A stretch of 64,000 nucleotides of DNA from Candidatus Sumerlaeaceae bacterium (GTDB lineage Bacteria; Sumerlaeota; Sumerlaeia; Sumerlaeales; Sumerlaeaceae), in the NCBI GenBank assembly GCA_051003195.1, contig JBPCLP010000008.1, positions 168,999 to 232,998 on the forward strand, written 5' to 3'. A model generated the notes under the pieces. That model ran no database searches. It was not told the DNA's origin and worked only from the letters and a program-made list of their open reading frames with translations. Made by a program: the position numbers and the translations under genes. The first letter of the stretch is position 1, and each line of letters begins with the position of its first letter. Of the stretch, positions 62,646-64,000 are shown in pieces.

Positions 62646-62953
62646 GGTTCGTTCATACAAGGGCAGGGGCAGTGGGAGTCAATTCGCAAGGCGAGTGCTA
62701 TTCAAAAGGCAGACCCCCGCCACAGCCTGGACACCAATATGAATAGGGCGAACGTCAAAATCGCGAGGCCGGGTTGAGAGCGCGGTCGCGGAACTGGTCG
62801 TTGGGCCAAAACCCCCCATTGAAACGGCAACGCTACGGCAGAGTTGCAATGGACTGAAGTCTGTCGGCGTCTACAGCACATTTATAGTTGACACAGCTGC
62901 ACAGATTTTGGTCAGGTACCTGCACTAATAAACACCCATAGAAAGTAAAGTTA

Positions 62954-64000
62954 ATGAAAACAACTTTCTCTCTCATTTTATCCACCCTTTTAATTGCGAC
63001 TTTGCCTGTGGCCGGATGGGCCCTGCAGGCCAGCGTGACCGACGACACCTATTACAGCGCGAGCAAGCCCGGGCTGAACGGAAAAAAGAAATTTCTGCGC
63101 GTCGGCAGCTCCAAGGCCTACAACAGTCTTATACGCTTTAACCTTTCCAGCCTGCCTTCGGGCAGCGTGGGCACCAGCGTTAGCAAAGCGACGTTGAGAA
63201 TATTTGCGCGCAAGGTAACCGGTGCCGGAACGGTCGGTGTGGCACCGGTCGAAACGGCCTGGAACGAGATGTCGCTCAGTTCCGGCGCGGGACTCAGTCT
63301 CGGCGGTTCGCTCGCAAGCCAGCCGATCAGCCTGGCAGATAAAAACAAATACGTGCTTATCGACATCACGACGCTTGTGGCAGATTGGGTCGATGCGCCG
63401 GCCAGCAATTACGGCATCGCGCTGACAAGCACGGGTGCAGTGTACGCGCAGTTCGATAGCAAAGAAGGTAAGCGAAGCGGTCACGACCCTGAACTGGAAA
63501 TCGTGATTGATAACGATACGAACTCGGGTGGTGGAGGGCAGCAAGGGCCTCCGGGGCCGCAGGGTCCACAGGGCCCTCAAGGTCCGCAGGGTGCAAAAGG
63601 AAACAAGGGCGATACTGGCGCACAAGGGGCCGCTGGCGCTCCTGGTGTGAAGGGTGACAAGGGCGATACTGGAGACCCCGGCACGACTGGCCCGCAGGGA
63701 TTGCAGGGTGAACCCGGCTTGAAGGGTGACAATGGCGAAACTGGTGATGCCGGCACAACAGGCCCGCAGGGACTGCAGGGTGACCCCGGCATTAAGGGTG
63801 ATCAGGGCGAACCGGGTGCAAAAGGTGACAAGGGCGAAACTGGTGATGCCGGCACGACTGGCCCGCAGGGATTGCAGGGCGAGACTGGCCTTAACGGCGA
63901 CCAGGGCGAACCGGGTGCAAAAGGTGACAAGGGCGATACTGGGGACCCCGGCACGACTGGCCCGCAGGGATTGCAGGGTGAACCCGGCTTGAAGGGTGAC
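62954..64000 (+). CDS. Secreted DNRLRE/CBM96-like domain plus collagen-like (Gly-X-Y) protein, running off the window end
   Basis: MKTTFSLILSTLLIATLPVAGWA signal; DDTY...LIRFNLSSLP...KATLRIF...IDITTLVADW...NYGIAL...FDSKEG...PELEI; continuous Gly-X-Y from about 63537. Absent from the ORF track because it has no stop in the window. Confidence 0.88.
   Translation, partial: MKTTFSLILSTLLIATLPVAGWALQASVTDDTYYSASKPGLNGKKKFLRVGSSKAYNSLIRFNLSSLPSGSVGTSVSKATLRIFARKVTGAGTVGVAPVETAWNEMSLSSGAGLSLGGSLASQPISLADKNKYVLIDITTLVADWVDAPASNYGIALTSTGAVYAQFDSKEGKRSGHDPELEIVIDNDTNSGGGGQQGPPGPQGPQGPQGPQGAKGNKGDTGAQGAAGAPGVKGDKGDTGDPGTTGPQGLQGEPGLKGDNGETGDAGTTGPQGLQGDPGIKGDQGEPGAKGDKGETGDAGTTGPQGLQGETGLNGDQGEPGAKGDKGDTGDPGTTGPQGLQGEPGLKGD

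Overview
A 64-kb GC-rich bacterial chromosomal window made up mostly of unlinked housekeeping genes (pheS, tRNA-Ile2(CAT), lexA, pth, tadA, atpD, radC), glycan/sulfate-ester catabolism genes (GH2, two sulfatases, FGE, GH130, sugar ABC parts), envelope and GT-C-like membrane proteins, and many secreted proteins. The C-terminal motifs of three secreted proteins resemble ones I recall from candidate phylum Sumerlaeota (BRC1); this is an inference only. The accessory stretch at about 47.2-59.6 kb holds a convergent N6A-methylase/NotI-family restriction pair. That pair is bracketed by a perfect 19-bp inverted repeat, and each copy of the repeat motif is followed by short TTGA-containing tandem repeats. 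Next to it are two tiny paralogous ORFs, a REP cluster with an IS200/RAYT stub, and a four-gene secreted VWA/metalloprotease cassette between 79-bp direct repeats. Best leads: (1) a candidate C-terminal protein-sorting signal (xxDWxLY-COOH, plus a related VPVxxSxY tail); (2) a lytic transglycosylase with circularly permuted motif order; (3) a voltage-gated channel with the TLEGWVD filter of the bacterial Ca2+ channel CavMr; (4) the repeat-bounded RM island and cassette; (5) a RadC fused to a [4Fe-4S] glycosylase-like domain; (6) a membrane gene whose stop codon lies antisense within a tRNA anticodon loop. All calls were made by eye, without database searches, and many start codons are estimates.
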